Of a stretch of DNA of 64,000 bases, positions 60,828-64,000 are shown piece after piece. This DNA is from Methanosarcinales archaeon (GTDB lineage Archaea > Halobacteriota > UBA148 > JAUWXC01). Under the pieces are notes generated by a model that made no database searches, was not told the DNA's origin, and worked only from the letters and a program-made list of their open reading frames with translations. Where the stretch lies: assembly GCA_026016205.1 (NCBI GenBank), contig CP061209.1, positions 378,330 to 442,329 of the forward strand, given 5' to 3'. A program made the translations under genes and the position numbers. The first letter of the stretch is position 1, and each line of letters opens with the position of its first letter.

Positions 60828-60891
60828 AATTAATTGAGTGTTTATATTGGGACTATCTTAAATTTACCGATTTTGTATGAACCCTACAAGT

Positions 60892-60899
60892 TTTATAAA
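60892..60899. promoter_or_regulatory. palindromic TATA box TTTATAAA (could serve both strands)
   Basis: Lies about 40-70 nt upstream of the candidate starts of the 60940 gene, and upstream of the minus-strand small ORF. Confidence 0.4.
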
Positions 60900-60939
60900 G
60901 GCTAACATAAGAGGGCATTAAGTATAATCAATCATAGTA

Positions 60940-62289
60940 TTGTTTTGTATAGTGGAGCGAAAATTGGTGGAGATCGCAAAAAGCAAGTTCGTGGACGCAT
61001 CATTTGCGCTGAAGGATAGTGCATATATAGTCGCATCCATCGAGCTCGGTAACACAACGACCAAATGTATACTGACTGCTACTGACCTAAAAGAGGGGCG
61101 AACCTATTTTCTGGATAAAACCGTGGAATTAACAGCGACTATTCGTCCACCAAAAGATGGTGAATATGTATTCGGGCTGACAGTGAGGGGGCAGCCATTA
61201 TCTCGCGAAGCAGTAGCAGAAGCAACCAAAAAGACCCTGCTTCGGTCCCTGACTAAGGCAAAGATTAGCGTTGATGACCTGGATTTTGTTGTGCGATCAA
61301 CCGGAGTGGTGGCAGGGTTTGAAACGCCAGAAGAGGTGGGTGGAATTATTAAAGCGCTAGCCGATGGCTGTCTAGCGGCAGGAATCCCACCGCGCAAGAT
61401 GACCGGTGCCATGAACAAGTCAAATTTGCCTACGGCGTTACAAAAGCATTCATTTATGGATGCTGTGATTTTTGATAATACAGTCGCCAGCGTGAGTTGC
61501 ATCAAGACGCCAATCGTGGCAAACGAGATGGAGGGTGAGTTGGTTTTGGCAGGGATTAAAGAAGGCGCTAAGTGGACTTCCATCGATTTTAGAAATCCAT
61601 GTGTTGGACTCGATTTTGGAACGACTTTATCGGGCAGGGTAACGGATGGCAAATTACCATATGCGAATGTGGTTGGAAGTTATTGTGGACTGGCAGGTGC
61701 GATATTCGATGCACTGGCACAACCTGTCACGGAGACAGCGCTCCAGTTAACTGGTAGTTCAGATACTAATGTGCCAGAGAGTTACGTGGCAGATGCGATG
61801 AAACTGATCAAAATCAAGAGGGTGACTTCTGAAAGGAGATTCGGCACCGTTCCAGTAAATCCCAAGGGATTAAAGGAATCAGGTGTTGTCTTAATAGGGG
61901 TGGATGTCGGAGAAAATGGAAGTCGTTTGAATGAATTAAGTAAGCTCAGCACCGAGCTACTAAAGGAAGGCGGCAAAGCAAAGGTCATGGGACTGATAGA
62001 TTTAACTGCTGCAGAGTTGGTGAAGAAACTCCTAGAAGTCATGTGGGATCATGGATTGGATGGTGCTATCGGGCTCACGGGCAGAGGGGTAATTACCGGT
62101 ACAAAACCGGCACTGATTCAAGAAAAACTGGGCGATCGGGAATTGGTCTTCGTAGATGATGGATTGGCGAGGGGGGCTGCCGTGCTTGCCAGATGCCTGC
62201 ATTCTTTGGGCACGCCGAAGAATCCTCTGGGCGGTGTGGCAGGTGGCAAATGTATTATGGATGCAAGAAGGAGGATGCAACGCATATGA
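60940..62289 (+). CDS. ASKHA-fold (actin-like ATPase) protein, methanogenesis-marker-14-like
   Basis: SIELGNTTTKCIL and VGLDFGTTLSG resemble the phosphate-1 and phosphate-2 motifs of HgdC/BcrAD/MutL-type ATPases. The marker-14 assignment is from memory. The exact start is uncertain (TTG 60940 or GTG 60952). Confidence 0.5.
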   Translation: MFCIVERKLVEIAKSKFVDASFALKDSAYIVASIELGNTTTKCILTATDLKEGRTYFLDKTVELTATIRPPKDGEYVFGLTVRGQPLSREAVAEATKKTLLRSLTKAKISVDDLDFVVRSTGVVAGFETPEEVGGIIKALADGCLAAGIPPRKMTGAMNKSNLPTALQKHSFMDAVIFDNTVASVSCIKTPIVANEMEGELVLAGIKEGAKWTSIDFRNPCVGLDFGTTLSGRVTDGKLPYANVVGSYCGLAGAIFDALAQPVTETALQLTGSSDTNVPESYVADAMKLIKIKRVTSERRFGTVPVNPKGLKESGVVLIGVDVGENGSRLNELSKLSTELLKEGGKAKVMGLIDLTAAELVKKLLEVMWDHGLDGAIGLTGRGVITGTKPALIQEKLGDRELVFVDDGLARGAAVLARCLHSLGTPKNPLGGVAGGKCIMDARRRMQRI

Positions 62290-63209
62290 CAAGTTTTGTC
62301 ACAACGGTTGTAGGGAGCTATCCTGCCAAGCCAGATATCGGTGATGTCTATGCATTGATAAAAGGCGAAAGAGACCCATTCAAGTCAGCGATAGAAGGGG
62401 CAGTGAAAGATCAGGTCAATGCAGGCATCCAGTTGGTTTCAAGTGGACAGGTTAGGGCGGATTTCGTCACCTTGTTCGTGAGAAATATTCCAGGATTTAA
62501 GGTTAAAGCAGGACGCCCGATTGTAGTGGATAAAATCACACCTTCGGAGAAGTCAACGACCGTGGACGATTATATTTTTGCAAAGAGTATTGCAAAATGC
62601 GAGGTAAAAGGCATTGTCACGGGTCCATCTACGTTAGCGTATGCCAGCATCGTCAACGAAAAGGCGCCTTATAAGTCCAACGACGACCCGGAACTGATTT
62701 ATGATATTGCTGGTGCACAGGCGATGGAGATACGGGCGCTGACAAAAGCAGGAGCGAAAGTCATTCAGATAGATGAGCCGGTTTTTTCGGTTGAGGTGGA
62801 CTTGGAAACTGGAATACAGGCCGTGAACAAAATGATAGAAGGCGTAAAGACGCCTGTTGTTCACGTGTGCGGTGATGTATGCGACATATTCGAAAAACTT
62901 CTTGAACTGAATGTAAGCGTGCTGGACCACGAGTTCACGAATGTAGATAACCTCAGTGTCATAGAGCGCGAGACGATCGAAGCACATGAAGTAAAAATTG
63001 GATATGGCTGCGTTGACTCAAACAATGTCAAGGTCGAGCCAGTTGAAGTAATAGAGAAAAGAATACAGACTGCAGTTAAAAAGTTGGGTGCCGAGAATAT
63101 ATGGGTAGATCCTGACTGTGGACTGAGAAATTTGACGCGAGAGGCAGCGTTTGCAAAGTTATCCAACATGGTAAAAGCGGCAAAAAATGTGGAGAAGGAG
63201 ATAAAATGA
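62286..63209 (+). CDS. metE: short archaeal MetE-like (cobalamin-independent methionine synthase C-terminal domain) methyltransferase
   Basis: TTVVGSYP start. Zn ligand motifs VVHVCGDV (H.C) and WVDPDCGL. ATGA overlap with the upstream gene. Confidence 0.75.
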   Translation: MTSFVTTVVGSYPAKPDIGDVYALIKGERDPFKSAIEGAVKDQVNAGIQLVSSGQVRADFVTLFVRNIPGFKVKAGRPIVVDKITPSEKSTTVDDYIFAKSIAKCEVKGIVTGPSTLAYASIVNEKAPYKSNDDPELIYDIAGAQAMEIRALTKAGAKVIQIDEPVFSVEVDLETGIQAVNKMIEGVKTPVVHVCGDVCDIFEKLLELNVSVLDHEFTNVDNLSVIERETIEAHEVKIGYGCVDSNNVKVEPVEVIEKRIQTAVKKLGAENIWVDPDCGLRNLTREAAFAKLSNMVKAAKNVEKEIK

Positions 63210-63832
63210 CGGTTGGAAGGTTTATAAGGGCATCTACAATCAGTGATGGGTGGTATCGCGGCCTGGATTTAATATGGCATCACGGAGACATGCTGAAGGA
63301 CGAGAGGGGCAGCAAGACCAAAGAGCTGCTAAATCTGGTCATCGTCATCGAGAACCCCTATAAGGACATGATTCCGAAGGACAGCCCCTGGAACGAAGAG
63401 CGGCTGGATGAATACGCCAAACAATTCGTTACAGGCAAAAACGTTCAGGACTTTACGTACACGTACGGGCAGAGACTGCGCGACTGGAACGGAATAGACC
63501 AGATTGAGTATGCGGTGCGCAAGCTCAAGGAGGTGCCGAATTCCAGAAGAGCCATATCGATTATCTGGATGCCTTTGAAGGACACGACGTCAAACGAAGT
63601 GCCGTGCATGATGCTAGTCGATTTTAAACTCAGGGATTCGTTAAATCTTACTACGGCATTCAGGTCGCACGATTTCTATGGCGCTGCGCCCAACAACTGG
63701 TATGCGTTAGCCAAGTTATTGAAGTATGTGGCAAAACGCGTTGGTGCAAAACCCGGAACCATAACGAGTCATAGTATCTCAGCGCACATATACGAGCATG
63801 ACTGGGATAACGTGAGCGCGATTCTGGAATGA
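63206..63832 (+). CDS. thyA: archaeal thymidylate synthase (ThyA family, short form)
   Basis: RGS.T.EL.N..I.I.NP, YGQRLRDW, NSRRAISIIW, and nucleophile in EVPCMMLVDF. Confidence 0.8.
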   Translation: MTVGRFIRASTISDGWYRGLDLIWHHGDMLKDERGSKTKELLNLVIVIENPYKDMIPKDSPWNEERLDEYAKQFVTGKNVQDFTYTYGQRLRDWNGIDQIEYAVRKLKEVPNSRRAISIIWMPLKDTTSNEVPCMMLVDFKLRDSLNLTTAFRSHDFYGAAPNNWYALAKLLKYVAKRVGAKPGTITSHSISAHIYEHDWDNVSAILE

Positions 63833-63836
63833 TGCC

Positions 63837-64000
63837 ATGATAAGCGTGAATGAGCGTGCGTTTAAAATTGTGGAGAGAATGTTGAGTCGCGCAGATGAGT
63901 TGAGGATTGGGGTACACAAACTTCCCAACGATTCGATGGTGATAGACTGCGGCGTCAACGCGCCTGGCAGTTACCCTGCGGGAATTTTGTTCATAGAAGC
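63837..64000 (+). CDS. mch: methenyl-tetrahydromethanopterin cyclohydrolase, N-terminal fragment (continues past the window)
   Basis: Own translation MISVNERAFKIVERMLSRADELRIGVHKLPNDSMVIDCGVNAPGSYPAGILFIE matches the Mch N-terminus pattern (..VDCGVN.PGS..AG). Confidence 0.8.
   Translation, partial: MISVNERAFKIVERMLSRADELRIGVHKLPNDSMVIDCGVNAPGSYPAGILFIE

Overview
This is a gene-dense archaeal chromosomal segment of about 78 CDS and 2 tRNAs. It contains no transposases, integrases, CRISPR arrays or rRNA. H4MPT/methanogenesis-type genes (mtd, mch, MtrA/MtrH paralogs, a marker-14-like protein, archaeal thyA and short metE) sit beside archaeal information-processing genes (TFB, RFC small and large, Alba, Gar1, Pus10, Rpo4, L21e, L37e, S8e, SRP19, Sm, SepF, Thg1). 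That combination points to a methanogen or methanotroph of the Methanosarcinales/ANME type; this lineage call is inference, because no database search was possible. Product calls rest on motifs I recognise in the supplied translations and in my own translations.

The window is mostly housekeeping: ileS, lig, nadE, glyA-serB, hom/ACT, lysC, purA/M/F, argG, carAB, elp3, ksgA and trxB.

Items worth a second look:
1. carA has lost the catalytic Cys and His of its glutaminase triad.
2. A soluble MtrA/MtrH-type pair lies next to a catalytically dead DHH paralog and upstream of an ASKHA-like protein coupled to a MetE-like methyltransferase, thyA and mch. This may be a corrinoid methyl-transfer module.
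3. tRNA-Leu(CAG) carries a roughly 50-nt intron in the D-loop, and tRNA-Lys(CUU) carries a canonical intron.
4. Two genes (rfcS and an RCK K+ channel) have conserved N-termini upstream of any ATG/GTG/TTG. Each has a strong SD-like motif 7 nt before an AUC or AUA codon.
5. A DUF1614 gene is frameshifted.
6. Two AT-rich islets hold a pilin-like operon, a P-loop-less KaiC-like protein coupled to a cupin PGI, and tandem zinc-ribbon membrane proteins.
7. The TrxR lacks the NADPH 2'-phosphate motif.
8. An MDD-family decarboxylase is present.
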